From the IMG/VR virus record IMGVR_UViG_3300006310_000773: a stretch of 64,000 bases of DNA; one strand, 5' to 3'. How positions within the stretch are numbered: the stretch's first letter is position 1; each line of letters opens with the position of its first letter. Below are positions 31,049 to 41,434 of this stretch, piece by piece. Source of the DNA: a virus. A model generated the notes under the pieces. That model did no database searches. It had not been told where the DNA came from and was given only the letters and a program-made list of their open reading frames with translations. The position numbers were made by a program, and so were the translations under genes.

Positions 31049-32800
31049 TTATCTCCCACTTTGACCTTTCATTCTTCCAGATACAGCAAGTGCTTCATCT
31101 GTATCTTTGCCTTCCCATGTGCCAAAATTAGATGGAACATAATCAGTTCCTGGTAATTTTCTAGATAATCCATCTTTCATTACATGTAAGCTTAAAGAAT
31201 GTTCAATTCTACTCTGCGTTTTTTGAAAAACATGTGATAATCTTGTTACTACAAATTTTCCAGAAGCCAAAGTCGACTGCCTCATTGTCATATTACCAGT
31301 GAGCTCACCTAATTTGGTCGGTAATTGTAAATTTATAACATCACCAACCTCTCTGTGTGTATTTCCTGGAACCGTTATTTGATATATGAAATTATTCAAT
31401 AATTGATCTTGCATTTTTCTTTTAGCATACCAATTTTCTATGTGTGTTTCTCTTAATCTAGAATCTTGAGGAGCTCCTTCACTATTAATATCCGTAAATC
31501 TCACATAACAACCTTCATTCGTCGATTTTAATGAAACATTCGCTTGAGGTTTTCCTATTACGTCTGATCCTCTAGATATTACAGGGGCATCAGATAAATG
31601 AAATGTATCATCATCAATGACATATGTTTGATGTTGATGTTTAGAATTATTTTCAACAGTATTTCCAAAATCATTTGCAGTAGTGGGAGGTAATACTTGA
31701 ATCAGTGCACCAGTTTCAGCATCCGTTCGAATATTTCCAGCGTCTAAATAACCTTTCTTATAATATAAATCATGATAATCATGACGCATTCTTATAATAT
31801 TATGGGTTATTAATCTATTTCCATACATACCATTTTTTAAATTGGTATCAACAGATATTGAAGATACTCTTTGATAATCGAGAATCTTATGGCTTTCAAT
31901 AGCTACTTCATCATATGCATTTTTATAAGATAATCCCACAGGAGCAGAAACATATTGAATTTTTTCATTTCCTTGCATTAATGTCTCTAAAGATTTAAAT
32001 TTAAATCCTCCTCTTATTGTATCATAAAAACAATAAAATGCTCCCTTTGTATCTTTTCCTTCTTCAGTAAGTCCTGCAGCTTGGAATAATCCCGGATCAA
32101 CTTGACCAGCATCATAGCCTTGAGCTGCGGTTCCCGATCCTGCTGCTTCAGCTCTGGATGCTAAAAATAACATTGCCTGAAAAGGTGTTAAATTTGGTAT
32201 AGTGAAATTGTGCTCAGACTTTGTGGTTTCAACATCTAGAACTCTTTCCGGAATCTCCAGATTTGCAGTCGCGGCACCAGAAGTGTGTGGATTGATATAA
32301 TCTTCATATATATTTTCAACCATATCACTAATTTTCATTCCAGCATAACATTTTTGAACTTTTGTTGCTAAATTAATAACATATTCAATACTAGTGAAAT
32401 TTAAAGTATAGGTAACTAATCTATCATTTTTGGGATCTATATTAAAATTTGTTACTTTTACAACTCGAAAATATCTATCTATTTTATCTTCAGGTATATC
32501 TGCTCCAACAGATTGAAAGGATATATGAAGAACCTCTTCTCCAATAATAGGTATTCTTTCAAATAACCCAGTTGCATCACCAATATCTATATATCCACTA
32601 ACATAAGGAGAAAATATATTTTCAGTAATCTCACATCTAGTAAACATTTTTGTAAGATCAACAATACCTCCGGGAAAATTATTAGGACTAATTATACTAA
32701 AATGGTTAATTTTAACATGTCCCGCATACTTAGGGATTGTATGTGCCGTTTGTAAACGGTCACCATTGAAAATAATTGAATCATAATTATTAGATGCCAT
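31049..32800 (-). CDS. Baseplate hub protein, gp27-like
   Basis: ITENIFSPYVSG, IPIIGEE, FKSLETL and ITVPGN...GDVI; lies between gp53 and gp5. Confidence 0.65.
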   Translation of the reverse strand: MASNNYDSIIFNGDRLQTAHTIPKYAGHVKINHFSIISPNNFPGGIVDLTKMFTRCEITENIFSPYVSGYIDIGDATGLFERIPIIGEEVLHISFQSVGADIPEDKIDRYFRVVKVTNFNIDPKNDRLVTYTLNFTSIEYVINLATKVQKCYAGMKISDMVENIYEDYINPHTSGAATANLEIPERVLDVETTKSEHNFTIPNLTPFQAMLFLASRAEAAGSGTAAQGYDAGQVDPGLFQAAGLTEEGKDTKGAFYCFYDTIRGGFKFKSLETLMQGNEKIQYVSAPVGLSYKNAYDEVAIESHKILDYQRVSSISVDTNLKNGMYGNRLITHNIIRMRHDYHDLYYKKGYLDAGNIRTDAETGALIQVLPPTTANDFGNTVENNSKHQHQTYVIDDDTFHLSDAPVISRGSDVIGKPQANVSLKSTNEGCYVRFTDINSEGAPQDSRLRETHIENWYAKRKMQDQLLNNFIYQITVPGNTHREVGDVINLQLPTKLGELTGNMTMRQSTLASGKFVVTRLSHVFQKTQSRIEHSLSLHVMKDGLSRKLPGTDYVPSNFGTWEGKDTDEALAVSGRMKGQSGR

Positions 32801-32809
32801 TTATATACC

Positions 32810-33418
32810 TTAACTAAACATATTTCTTGCTGTTTCCAAAATCTGCTCGACCCAAGAATCATCTATCAAAGCAATTGTCTTTTTACTATCATTGCGTAAA
32901 ATCTCATATTCATAATCAGACACAGTTCTTTCCATACCATCACCCTGTGCGGCAACAAGTTGATAACGAGTTGCATCTACTTCATAAAATCTCTCTTCTA
33001 TTCTTTCTTGTCCTGCACTTGCTGGAACTAATTTTTGTAGTATTTCTTCATAATGATGAACTCCACTATGGGCGGCATCTAAGCTTCCATATTTACATAT
33101 TATATGTTTTCTTAATTCGTCTTGAGATAATGGCCAATCAAAGATAGGATCAAGAATATTATTTGCTAAGAATATAAGCCAAACATATTCAAATCCACCA
33201 TAATATCGAAGAGATAATGTATCAGCCCGTTCTCCTTCAGGAATATTATAAAGCTGCTTAGTATATACAGCTGATTTTATAGAAGATTTTAATCTATGTC
33301 TTAATGATATATCAGTTACTAATTTTTGATGAATTATATCTATTTTTTTTCCAGCATGATTTGTGCCGGTATCAAATTTATAATACAATGCTGGCATATT
33401 TTTAAAATATTCTGACAT
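32810..33418 (-). CDS. gp53: Baseplate wedge subunit gp53
   Basis: YF, GERADTLSLRYYG, WLIFLANNILDPIFDWPLS and YEYE. Confidence 0.9.
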   Translation of the reverse strand: MSEYFKNMPALYYKFDTGTNHAGKKIDIIHQKLVTDISLRHRLKSSIKSAVYTKQLYNIPEGERADTLSLRYYGGFEYVWLIFLANNILDPIFDWPLSQDELRKHIICKYGSLDAAHSGVHHYEEILQKLVPASAGQERIEERFYEVDATRYQLVAAQGDGMERTVSDYEYEILRNDSKKTIALIDDSWVEQILETARNMFS

Positions 33419-34647
33419 TATTTGTAAGGCCCTTCACCTGTTTGATAAGAATGATACACGCCCTTTTCTTTGCCATCGCCACCTTCCCACGTGAAATTTA
33501 CCGGGCCTCCAGCAAGTCTCGCCTTACGCGCTCTTATAAATGCCGCCGTCCAACCGCCCGGGCCCGCGCCTGCGCCGTTGGGCGAGGTGCGTGCAGGTGC
33601 GGGTTTTTCACGTGTGGGTGCAACTTCGGATGATTGGACTGCATCAGAAGTAGAGTTGTCCAACAGATCTATATTCTCTAAAATAAATTCTGTTTCTTGA
33701 AACACTAATGATAATTTTGTATGTACTGGAAGTGGATCTCCAACTGGATTATCATAAAATGTCGGGCCTGATGCTGATGCATCAAAATTTATATCCATAG
33801 CTGTTAATACAGACCTTCTTATTCCCATTTGATCAAATCTTTTAGGTCCAGCTGATGTACCAATATAAAAATCAATAAAAAATTCGTGTGGAAAATCAAA
33901 ATACACACTCTTCATTCCATAAAAATTATTCATTTTTGGTAACATTCTTCTTTTAAAGGTTTGAACGATATTTCTTACCGCAACAGCTTCTGTATAATTT
34001 CTTGGCCAAAAATCGAATGTCATATCATGTGTTCTAAATGCTCCAGGGCCTTGATATATCATAGCAATGTGTGGATTTATCCCTACTCCAAACGTAGCTG
34101 AAACCGGCGCTAAAGATCCACCAAAATTTGCTATCGCTAATGCTCCCGCACTTGATGCAAAATCTTTTACATCATCTGAAAGGCCTTCCACCCCCGCTGC
34201 TATTGCTTCAGATACGGACTTACTACCTAGACCCTCGCCCACAGCCTTCATTCCTATTCCCGCTAAAACACCAACTACTGCAGCGACTCCTTTAAACCTT
34301 TTTGCTAATGTAGACGCAACAGCGGCACCGGTCATACCAGCACCCATAGTAGCTCCAGAAGATTCAAAAATTGCTCCACCTGTTAGGGGTGTAAAATTTC
34401 CTGTAAATTTAGTTTTCATTGATCCAGGTGGAATATGTAATGCTATGTCAGATGCCCCGAATTCAGCCCCCCTACCGCGATTTCTAGGTCCTCCTGGTTG
34501 TGCATGAAATAATATAAAATTTTGAGTATCTGTCTGGACTTCTCCTAAAGTTAATGGATATTTTAATACTGATGCTCCTTCACCCATCGTGACACCACCA
34601 TAAGCTACCGTTGCTGCTCTACTATTCATCAAATTTGGATCTGACAT
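33418..34647 (-). CDS. gp48: Baseplate tail tube cap gp48
   Basis: NPHIAMIYQGP, FDFWPRNYTEA and LSLVFQETE. Confidence 0.8.
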   Translation of the reverse strand: MSDPNLMNSRAATVAYGGVTMGEGASVLKYPLTLGEVQTDTQNFILFHAQPGGPRNRGRGAEFGASDIALHIPPGSMKTKFTGNFTPLTGGAIFESSGATMGAGMTGAAVASTLAKRFKGVAAVVGVLAGIGMKAVGEGLGSKSVSEAIAAGVEGLSDDVKDFASSAGALAIANFGGSLAPVSATFGVGINPHIAMIYQGPGAFRTHDMTFDFWPRNYTEAVAVRNIVQTFKRRMLPKMNNFYGMKSVYFDFPHEFFIDFYIGTSAGPKRFDQMGIRRSVLTAMDINFDASASGPTFYDNPVGDPLPVHTKLSLVFQETEFILENIDLLDNSTSDAVQSSEVAPTREKPAPARTSPNGAGAGPGGWTAAFIRARKARLAGGPVNFTWEGGDGKEKGVYHSYQTGEGPYK

Positions 34648-34695
34648 TTTGCTTTTCTTTCTAAATATAAATGTATCTTAAAAACTATTCATTTC

Positions 34696-34703
34696 TATTT
34701 ATA
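34696..34703 (-). promoter_or_regulatory. T4-type late promoter TATAAATA for the gp48-gp53-gp5 operon
   Basis: Exact consensus in the divergent gp48/gp4 interval; a near-match TATAAATG lies on + at 34666-34673. Confidence 0.7.
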
Positions 34704-35158
34704 TGGCATACAAAGGAAAATACAAACCAAAGAATCCTAATAAATATAAGGGTAATCCCACAAAGATCATTTATAGGTCTGGTTGGGAAAGAAAAGTGAT
34801 GGAAAAATTGGATTTAAGTTCTCAAGTGGAGCAATGGGCGTCTGAAGAAGTCATTATTCCGTATAGATCACCAATTGATAGAAAAATTCATCGATATTTT
34901 CCGGATTTTTGGGTCAAATTTGCGAATAAAAAGGTTGTGATTATCGAAGTCAAGCCGAACAAAGAGACAAAACCGCCCAAAATGAAGGAAAAATCGAGAA
35001 AATTCATCAGGGAAGCCAAAAAATGGGGCGTGAATGAGGCGAAATGGAAAGCCGCGACCGAATTTTGTAAAAATAGTGGATGGAATTTCTTAATTCTAGA
35101 TGAATATGACTTAGGAATCAGAAAAAGAAGGAAAAATGGCGGAAACACCGAAAAATAG
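34703..35158 (+). CDS. gp4: Head completion nuclease gp4
   Basis: YKGKYKPKNPNKYKGNPTKIIYRSGWE, HRYFPDF and NEAKWKAA. Confidence 0.95.
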   Translation: MAYKGKYKPKNPNKYKGNPTKIIYRSGWERKVMEKLDLSSQVEQWASEEVIIPYRSPIDRKIHRYFPDFWVKFANKKVVIIEVKPNKETKPPKMKEKSRKFIREAKKWGVNEAKWKAATEFCKNSGWNFLILDEYDLGIRKRRKNGGNTEK

Positions 35159-35732
35159 TGGAAATTTAATAGATATTTTACAAGATGTGATAAAAAGAAA
35201 ACAAATTCCACAAGAAAATATAAAATCTGCTCAATGGTTGCAAAATAAAATTAGAAATTTTAGAAGAAATTTAAATGTTAAATTAGATGACTCTAGTATG
35301 TCCGCTGATCAGTTTATGGAAGGGTCTAATTTGATACAAAAGAGAAGAATGACCAAAGCTAGATTAACATTATTCTCATATAAAGCAAAACATGAAAAAA
35401 CTTTACCATATTATGACAGATTTCCCTTATCAATGATCATAGGTAAAGAAGTAGATGGATTTATAGGATTAAATTTTCATTATTTGCCGTATCAACATAG
35501 AGCAAGACTATTAGATGCCGTCGCATTTGGAAATGTGATTAATTGGAATACATTAAAGAGAAATAAAGTGACTCGACCATGTATTAAAAAATATTTAACA
35601 AGTCATGTTCAAGGAGCAAATGGTATGGTAATAGAAGGAATTGAACAATTAAAATTTGCAATATTTTTACCAATAGAACGTTTTAACACCAGAAAAGAAA
35701 AAGTCTGGGAAGATTCAAAAAGGATGTTATAA
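35136..35732 (+). CDS. gp2: DNA end protector gp2
   Basis: LPYYDRFPL, GLNFHYLP and CIKKYL. Confidence 0.92.
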   Translation: MAETPKNSGNLIDILQDVIKRKQIPQENIKSAQWLQNKIRNFRRNLNVKLDDSSMSADQFMEGSNLIQKRRMTKARLTLFSYKAKHEKTLPYYDRFPLSMIIGKEVDGFIGLNFHYLPYQHRARLLDAVAFGNVINWNTLKRNKVTRPCIKKYLTSHVQGANGMVIEGIEQLKFAIFLPIERFNTRKEKVWEDSKRML

Positions 35733-36343
35733 TGCCAGCAGGATTTAAACAATCAGAACATTTTATCGCAGCGATAAACAAACATAAAGGCCCCTCAAAG
35801 GCAAACAAATATCAACTTACAGGTCCATATGGTGTTATTGTAAATGGAATTGCAAACAATCTTGGATTTGATATGCGGGATTTTAAATTTATGTGTGATG
35901 CCGCAAATTTACCTGGAAGAAATTTGGCGACTACAGAATTTAGAACAGGTAGTGTATCTAAATCATATGTCCACTCTAATAATTTTAACCCAACAATAAC
36001 TTTATCTTTTATACTAACTGATGATATGTTTATTAAAAAAGTTTTCGATAGATGGATGGATGATATCATCGGTCTCACTGATGCAAAATTGCAAGGTGCC
36101 GTAGTACAAAACTTAACAAATTATCCAGACGAGTATTGTGGAAGTTTTGGTATAAAAAAACTTGCAACAAATTTATCTAGCAGTCCTGCAAGTGCTTCAC
36201 ATATAGATACTTATCATGTGGAAATAATGGAAGCATTTCCCAAACAGATTAATCCTATCACATTAACTTACGGTTCTCAGGACATAGTGAAATTACAAGT
36301 CGTGATGGCTTATTCCCGGTGGAGAATAATACGTGGTTATTGA
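35732..36343 (+). CDS. Tail tube initiator, gp54/gp19-like
   Basis: CDAANLPGR, FDRWMD and EAFP motifs. Confidence 0.75.
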   Translation: MPAGFKQSEHFIAAINKHKGPSKANKYQLTGPYGVIVNGIANNLGFDMRDFKFMCDAANLPGRNLATTEFRTGSVSKSYVHSNNFNPTITLSFILTDDMFIKKVFDRWMDDIIGLTDAKLQGAVVQNLTNYPDEYCGSFGIKKLATNLSSSPASASHIDTYHVEIMEAFPKQINPITLTYGSQDIVKLQVVMAYSRWRIIRGY

Positions 36344-36393
36344 CAATGACCGGTTTGATACATAAAATAATAATTATATAATTAGGAGATATT

Positions 36394-37122
36394 ATGAGTT
36401 TACCCAAGATTGATATTGCAACATTTAGCACTACTCAACCTTCTGCAAAAAATAAAAAACTTACATTTAGACCATTTTTAGTAAAAGAAGAAAAAATACT
36501 AATGATGGCAATGCAAGGGGAAAATATAGAAGAACAAGTGGTTGCAATTAAACAAATCATAAACAATTGTTCACAACAGGAATTTGATGTTGATTCAGTT
36601 CCTTTATTCGATTTAGAATGGATATTTTTACAATTAAGAATACATTCTGTTGGAGATCAATTAAATTTAAAATTTAAACACAGAGACGGAAAAAATAAAA
36701 ATGATGAAGAATGTGCACATGTATCAAATGTAAACGTGGATCTAAAAGAAGTTGAAATGGTATATGATGAATCACATAATAAAGAAATTGAAATAAATGA
36801 TAAGATTACCATATTTCTAAAATATCCAAATATAGAAACTGCTAATAAAATCAAAAATACTGAAGATGTTGAAGGTATTATGGCTTTTCTATCTTCAGGA
36901 ATAGAGTTTATTAAAGATGAAGAAACTTTACATGAAACAAAAGATTTTACACAAGAAGAAGTAATAGAATTTTTTGAACAATTTAATCAACAACAAATGC
37001 TTAAAATTCAAAACTTTTATCGAACTCAACCTGTAATACAACATGACATAAATTATACTTGTGAAAAATGTGGTGGAGAAGAATCTGTTATTCTTAGGGG
37101 TTTGCAGGATTTTTTAGAATAA
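36394..37122 (+). CDS. gp26: Baseplate hub assembly protein gp26
   Basis: MSLPKI, FRPFLVKEEKILMMA, FDLEWIFLQLR and GLQDF. Confidence 0.92.
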   Translation: MSLPKIDIATFSTTQPSAKNKKLTFRPFLVKEEKILMMAMQGENIEEQVVAIKQIINNCSQQEFDVDSVPLFDLEWIFLQLRIHSVGDQLNLKFKHRDGKNKNDEECAHVSNVNVDLKEVEMVYDESHNKEIEINDKITIFLKYPNIETANKIKNTEDVEGIMAFLSSGIEFIKDEETLHETKDFTQEEVIEFFEQFNQQQMLKIQNFYRTQPVIQHDINYTCEKCGGEESVILRGLQDFLE

Positions 37123-37310
37123 CGCTTTCTCATGATTCTTTAGAATCTCATTATTTGACTAATTTCGCATTAGTACAACATCATAAATACTCTTTAACAG
37201 AGTTAAATGAGATGATTCCTTGGGAAAGAGAAATTTATATTGAATTATTAAAAAATTGGATACAAGAACAAGAAACTGAAGCTAAACAAAGAGAAGCAGA
37301 AAGACATTAA
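37113..37310 (+). CDS. gp51: Baseplate hub assembly catalyst gp51, in the -1 frame and probably reached by frameshift
   Basis: The -1 frame reads FRITLSHDSLESHYLTNFALVQHHKYSLTELNEMIPWEREIYIELLK...RH*. Its stop overlaps the next ATG. Confidence 0.85.
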   Translation, partial: FRITLSHDSLESHYLTNFALVQHHKYSLTELNEMIPWEREIYIELLKNWIQEQETEAKQREAERH

Positions 37311-39265
37311 TGGCAGCAGCACCGAAACCATCTGGAGGAAGAAAACCAGGACAATTTGGTACAACAGAACTTCGACTAGGACGAGCAACTGGAATCGGAG
37401 AATTTTTTGATGTTTTAGAAGATGCGACCGCTAAAAGAATGGAAAGAATGGCAAAAGGATATCTACACGCCATTACAGCTTCTGCTCTTTCTCCATTACC
37501 AACATTTGCACAAGCTAGTATATATGATGCCATTACTGATCCTTTTGGGGGAGGAAGAGATACTGCACAAGATCCAACTGGAACTGCTGAGAGGGAACCT
37601 AATTTAGATAAATTATATAATGTACCTTTACCTGTTATAACACAAGAAGGAGAAGAACATGGAACAGCACAAAAAGTAGCAAGTGCGATTGGTATAGGTG
37701 GTACAAGGGTTCCATTATGGCAAAGTAATTTAGAAAAATTATTTAAGGTTCCTCTACTTATTACAGAGAAAAAAGATACATTAAAATTAATAGAAACAGA
37801 GAGAGAAACAGAACCAGAAAAAGTAAAAGACGACGAAAAACCCAAATTCAGCATGAAAGATTTTTTTAGTAGTCTTTTTGGAGGTATTGTTGATCTTGGT
37901 GCATGGATTTTAAAGGGTATTGGAACTTTAGCAATAGGTGCTTTAAAGTTTACAGGGGGTCTTGGTATTATGGGTCTAATGGCAAGTTTGCTCTTTAATA
38001 AAGAAATTGTAGATCAATTTAGATTAAAATGGGGTGAGGAAGCTGAAAAATTAGGAGCTAAAACTGAATGGGGTGCAAGAATAGCTAAATTTCTTGGTGG
38101 CGGTGAAGCAAATGGTCAATCTTTTGAAAAAGCGGCAATTGCAGGTCTAAAGGGTGGAGGAATCGGAGCTATAACAGGACTTTTCTTTGGAGGACTGCCT
38201 GGTGCATTGGTTGGATTTCTTTTGGGAAGCGCTTTTATGGGTCTTGGTGCAGCTTTAGGAGAAGCGAAAATCACATTGGGTACAAATTTTCTCGCAACTT
38301 GGTTGGAAAAGACTTGGGAAGCCGCGCGGATGGAATGGGAAGATGCGAAACAAGTTCAACTAAATGCTGAATTAAAGGAATTAAGAAATAGATTAAACTC
38401 CGGAAAAGAAACCGAAGAAAGTCTAATATTAATTCAAATGCAAATCAGAGCGAAAGAGGCGGAGCTCCTTGAATCAAGAATGGAACATGCAAAACAATGG
38501 CAAGAAATGGTTGATGATGAATATGCGAAAAAGGGTGTAGGAATTGAAATACAGAAAGAAGCTCAAGACCGGTTAAAGGAATTTAAAACTGAATTATTTG
38601 AAGCACAGGAAGAAATAGAAAGTCTCACAAGGAAAGGGAAAATTGATAAGAAGGAAACGTATTTGGGGATTCCTGGGATAGATACTTATAGAGAAAACAT
38701 TCATGATGACTTGAAAGATAAATTAATAAGTTATTTTCAACGTGGAGATGTGGCTGGAAGACAAGCATTAAATTTAATGAAGAAATATGGAATCATTAAT
38801 GACAAATGGGAGGTTACTGATCCAAGACTATTAACTGACCATGTTTACCGTAAAGATCTGTTCGAAGCATTAAATAATGTAATTCAAACACAAATCGATA
38901 AAGATGAAGAATGGCGGAAAGGGAGTGGAGCAGGAGCCAAAGCATTTAGAGAAGCTCAGAAAAATCTAAAAAAAGTTATAGAAGATAGAAAAACCAGCAA
39001 TGCAGTACTTGATACTACAGGACAGAAGACAGAGGTAGTTGAAAAAACTATCGACTGGACTAAAACGCTGGACAATACAATAAGGTTCGGAATGTTTGAC
39101 ACATCAACAATGGGCGGGGGAGCAGGAGGGGTGATAATGCCAAGTATGATTAACAATGATGGATCAGTACATACTAACAGTGCTTTGACCATTAATACAT
39201 TTTCGGACGTAAAATTCTCTACTGAAAATTTAAAGATAGTAGGAGCTTTTGACGGTCACGTATAA
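37310..39265 (+). CDS. Tape measure / gp29-like protein
   Basis: Follows gp26/gp51; Gly/Ala hydrophobic segments and a long helical region. Confidence 0.6.
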   Translation: MAAAPKPSGGRKPGQFGTTELRLGRATGIGEFFDVLEDATAKRMERMAKGYLHAITASALSPLPTFAQASIYDAITDPFGGGRDTAQDPTGTAEREPNLDKLYNVPLPVITQEGEEHGTAQKVASAIGIGGTRVPLWQSNLEKLFKVPLLITEKKDTLKLIETERETEPEKVKDDEKPKFSMKDFFSSLFGGIVDLGAWILKGIGTLAIGALKFTGGLGIMGLMASLLFNKEIVDQFRLKWGEEAEKLGAKTEWGARIAKFLGGGEANGQSFEKAAIAGLKGGGIGAITGLFFGGLPGALVGFLLGSAFMGLGAALGEAKITLGTNFLATWLEKTWEAARMEWEDAKQVQLNAELKELRNRLNSGKETEESLILIQMQIRAKEAELLESRMEHAKQWQEMVDDEYAKKGVGIEIQKEAQDRLKEFKTELFEAQEEIESLTRKGKIDKKETYLGIPGIDTYRENIHDDLKDKLISYFQRGDVAGRQALNLMKKYGIINDKWEVTDPRLLTDHVYRKDLFEALNNVIQTQIDKDEEWRKGSGAGAKAFREAQKNLKKVIEDRKTSNAVLDTTGQKTEVVEKTIDWTKTLDNTIRFGMFDTSTMGGGAGGVIMPSMINNDGSVHTNSALTINTFSDVKFSTENLKIVGAFDGHV

Positions 39266-39267
39266 TG

Positions 39268-39299
39268 ATTAACTAACGGACTTTCGCCCGCTAGTTAAT
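39268..39299. terminator. Hairpin between the convergent tape-measure-like and gp32 genes
   Basis: attaactaacgg-actttcgc-ccgctagttaat inverted repeat. Confidence 0.6.
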
Positions 39300-39304
39300 A
39301 TAAT

Positions 39305-40213
39305 TTATGCAGCTTCTTCAGCTAATTTCTGAAAATACGTCAATGATTCATCATTTTCATTTTCAGCTGTTGTAACACTTTCAACAACAGGTTCTACATG
39401 TGGAGTGGTCATAGGTTTACCACCATCAAAGGGAGGTTCACTTACTGGAACAACTGATTCTGGTCCTTGTGCACCAAGAACTCTATCAAGTCTGGACTTC
39501 AATTCAGAAAATTCCTTAAACCTACTATCATCTGTAAATTCAGAAAGTGGAAATTCTTTCTTCCAAAGTTCTTCAAGTTTTTCATCCGCACCTTCAAACA
39601 ATGGTGAAACTGAATCAAATTCAGATTTATCAAAATTATTAAATCCATCTACCTTACGAATCTTCAAACGAAAGTTCGCTCCTTCCCAAAGATCAAAAGG
39701 ATTAATAGGATTTTCATCTTCAAATTGTGGATTCATTTGATCATTGATTTTATCAAAAATCTTCTTACCATATTTGAAAAGTTTAAGTTCTCCCTCATTT
39801 TGAGGATTGGCGGGATCTTTGAGAACTAAAATATTTGACATATAAACAAGACGCCGCTTTTGTTTGCGAGCGATTTCCTTATTTGCCTCAATTCCAGAAT
39901 TCCAAAGTGAGGAATTATATTCACATACTGGACACTTTTTTCCAATAGTAGTTGGACATTCCTCAATGTACCATCCACCAACACCTTGAAATCCATGATT
40001 CCAAGTTTTTGCCCACGGCAGATCTTCTCCTGTTGGTGCTGGGAGAAACCGGGTAACAGCATATCCATTACCAGATTTATCAAGTTCCGCTTTCCACATA
40101 CGAGTGTCTTCCGCGAAACCCTTTGAACTATCTGCTTGTTCTTGTAGTTTTTTATTGATTTTGTCAATTGACTTTTGACGTGACTTTTTTAGATCAGAAA
40201 ATGATTGTGACAT
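39305..40213 (-). CDS. gp32: Single-stranded DNA-binding protein gp32
   Basis: DKSGNGYAVTRFLPAP, WYIEECPTTIGKKCPVCE and an acidic tail. Confidence 0.96.
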   Translation of the reverse strand: MSQSFSDLKKSRQKSIDKINKKLQEQADSSKGFAEDTRMWKAELDKSGNGYAVTRFLPAPTGEDLPWAKTWNHGFQGVGGWYIEECPTTIGKKCPVCEYNSSLWNSGIEANKEIARKQKRRLVYMSNILVLKDPANPQNEGELKLFKYGKKIFDKINDQMNPQFEDENPINPFDLWEGANFRLKIRKVDGFNNFDKSEFDSVSPLFEGADEKLEELWKKEFPLSEFTDDSRFKEFSELKSRLDRVLGAQGPESVVPVSEPPFDGGKPMTTPHVEPVVESVTTAENENDESLTYFQKLAEEAA

Positions 40214-40274
40214 CTTATATCCTTATATTTTTATGGTTAACATTATATTTCATCTGATTCGCACTATACATACT

Positions 40275-40303
40275 ATTATACACTATTTATCATCCCATGT
40301 CAA
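40275..40303 (-). promoter_or_regulatory. Sigma70-type promoter for gp32
   Basis: TTGACA-17 nt-TATAAT, perfect match. Confidence 0.75.
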
Positions 40304-40937
40304 GCCCCCCCTTCATTATTTTTTTGAATTTAGAAATATCATCTATTTTTAGAAAAGGTTCATATTTAATCATCAGACGATAAACATCTGGCCAAACTAC
40401 TTTATCTAAAATATTTTTATTCCAGAACTCTGTAAATTGTAAAATTTTATCCATTATAATTGCTGATTCTATATTGATTCTTTTTCCTAATATCTCTTCT
40501 AATAAAATTGGGTGCTGTCCTTCTTCAACAGTAAATATTCTATTAAATCCCAACTGTAATCCCAATTCTCTATTGTTAAAATTCTCAATTAGAGATCTTA
40601 ACTCATTTATATCTTGAGTAAATTGATATGTTAATGATTCAATTTTATTCTTCCATTTATTATGAGTTCTTTTCGCGTCATCACCATACATTTCTCCAAC
40701 CCACATATCAGAATTATAAACAAAATTGGAAACCAAAAATCCTTCAACTTCTTCATGTTTTCTTAATTCTTTGGCGAGATTTTCAAAAAAATACCTATCA
40801 TTTCTATTTTGATAAGTAGTATATCTTGCAGAAACGCCCCTATTCTTAAAAGAATAATTAAAATAATTGTATCTATCTGAATTAAAGTGTCTTTTTAATG
40901 CAAGATAAGTTTTATATACATCAAACCCTCTTAACAT
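40290..40937 (-). CDS. gp59: Helicase loader gp59
   Basis: YKTYLALKRHF, RNDRYFFENL and KYEPFL. Confidence 0.9.
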   Translation of the reverse strand: MLRGFDVYKTYLALKRHFNSDRYNYFNYSFKNRGVSARYTTYQNRNDRYFFENLAKELRKHEEVEGFLVSNFVYNSDMWVGEMYGDDAKRTHNKWKNKIESLTYQFTQDINELRSLIENFNNRELGLQLGFNRIFTVEEGQHPILLEEILGKRINIESAIIMDKILQFTEFWNKNILDKVVWPDVYRLMIKYEPFLKIDDISKFKKIMKGGLDMG

Positions 40938-40939
40938 AA

Positions 40940-41434
40940 TTAAAATTTAGATATAAATCTTGCTATAGGTTGGATAAAGGGAAGTAAGGCAACTGCCATA
41001 ACTGTATTCACTCCTGTATGTACAAGTGCTACTTGTTTTGTGACTCCTGAGGGCATACCATCACTCACTAATATTCCTGCTATCCATATCGTTCCAGTTG
41101 TACCCACATTCGCTCCTAATATTGCTGCAATCGCTGATGGTAAAGGTAAAGCACCAGATGCAACAAGTCCGATGACCGCAGTTGTAGTGAGTGAGGAAGA
41201 TTGCCAAAGGAGGGTACATACAATTGCTCCAGAGAACATCCAGTAAGGGTTTCCTAAAAACCATTCAAGTTGTTCTAAGTGGCTCATTGATTTCATTCCA
41301 CCTGAGAACATCTTTAAACCAATGTAAAATATGACAAGACCCAAAAGAGTTTGAAAAATGGGGTTATTAAATTCCATAAAATTTCTCGACTTATATTTCC
41401 ATGAATCGTAAAGTTTTCTATCTTTCTTTTTCAT
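40940..41434 (-). CDS. Na/Pi cotransporter (NptA/SLC34-like) single-repeat membrane protein
   Basis: QSSSLTT signature and ILGANVGTT. Confidence 0.85.
   Translation of the reverse strand: MKKKDRKLYDSWKYKSRNFMEFNNPIFQTLLGLVIFYIGLKMFSGGMKSMSHLEQLEWFLGNPYWMFSGAIVCTLLWQSSSLTTTAVIGLVASGALPLPSAIAAILGANVGTTGTIWIAGILVSDGMPSGVTKQVALVHTGVNTVMAVALLPFIQPIARFISKF

Noticed and set aside
9409-39740. Antisense ORFs inside structural genes (for example 9409, 14062, 24717, 34067, 37282, 39405)
   Set aside because: These are shadow frames of well-supported genes and carry no recognisable motifs.
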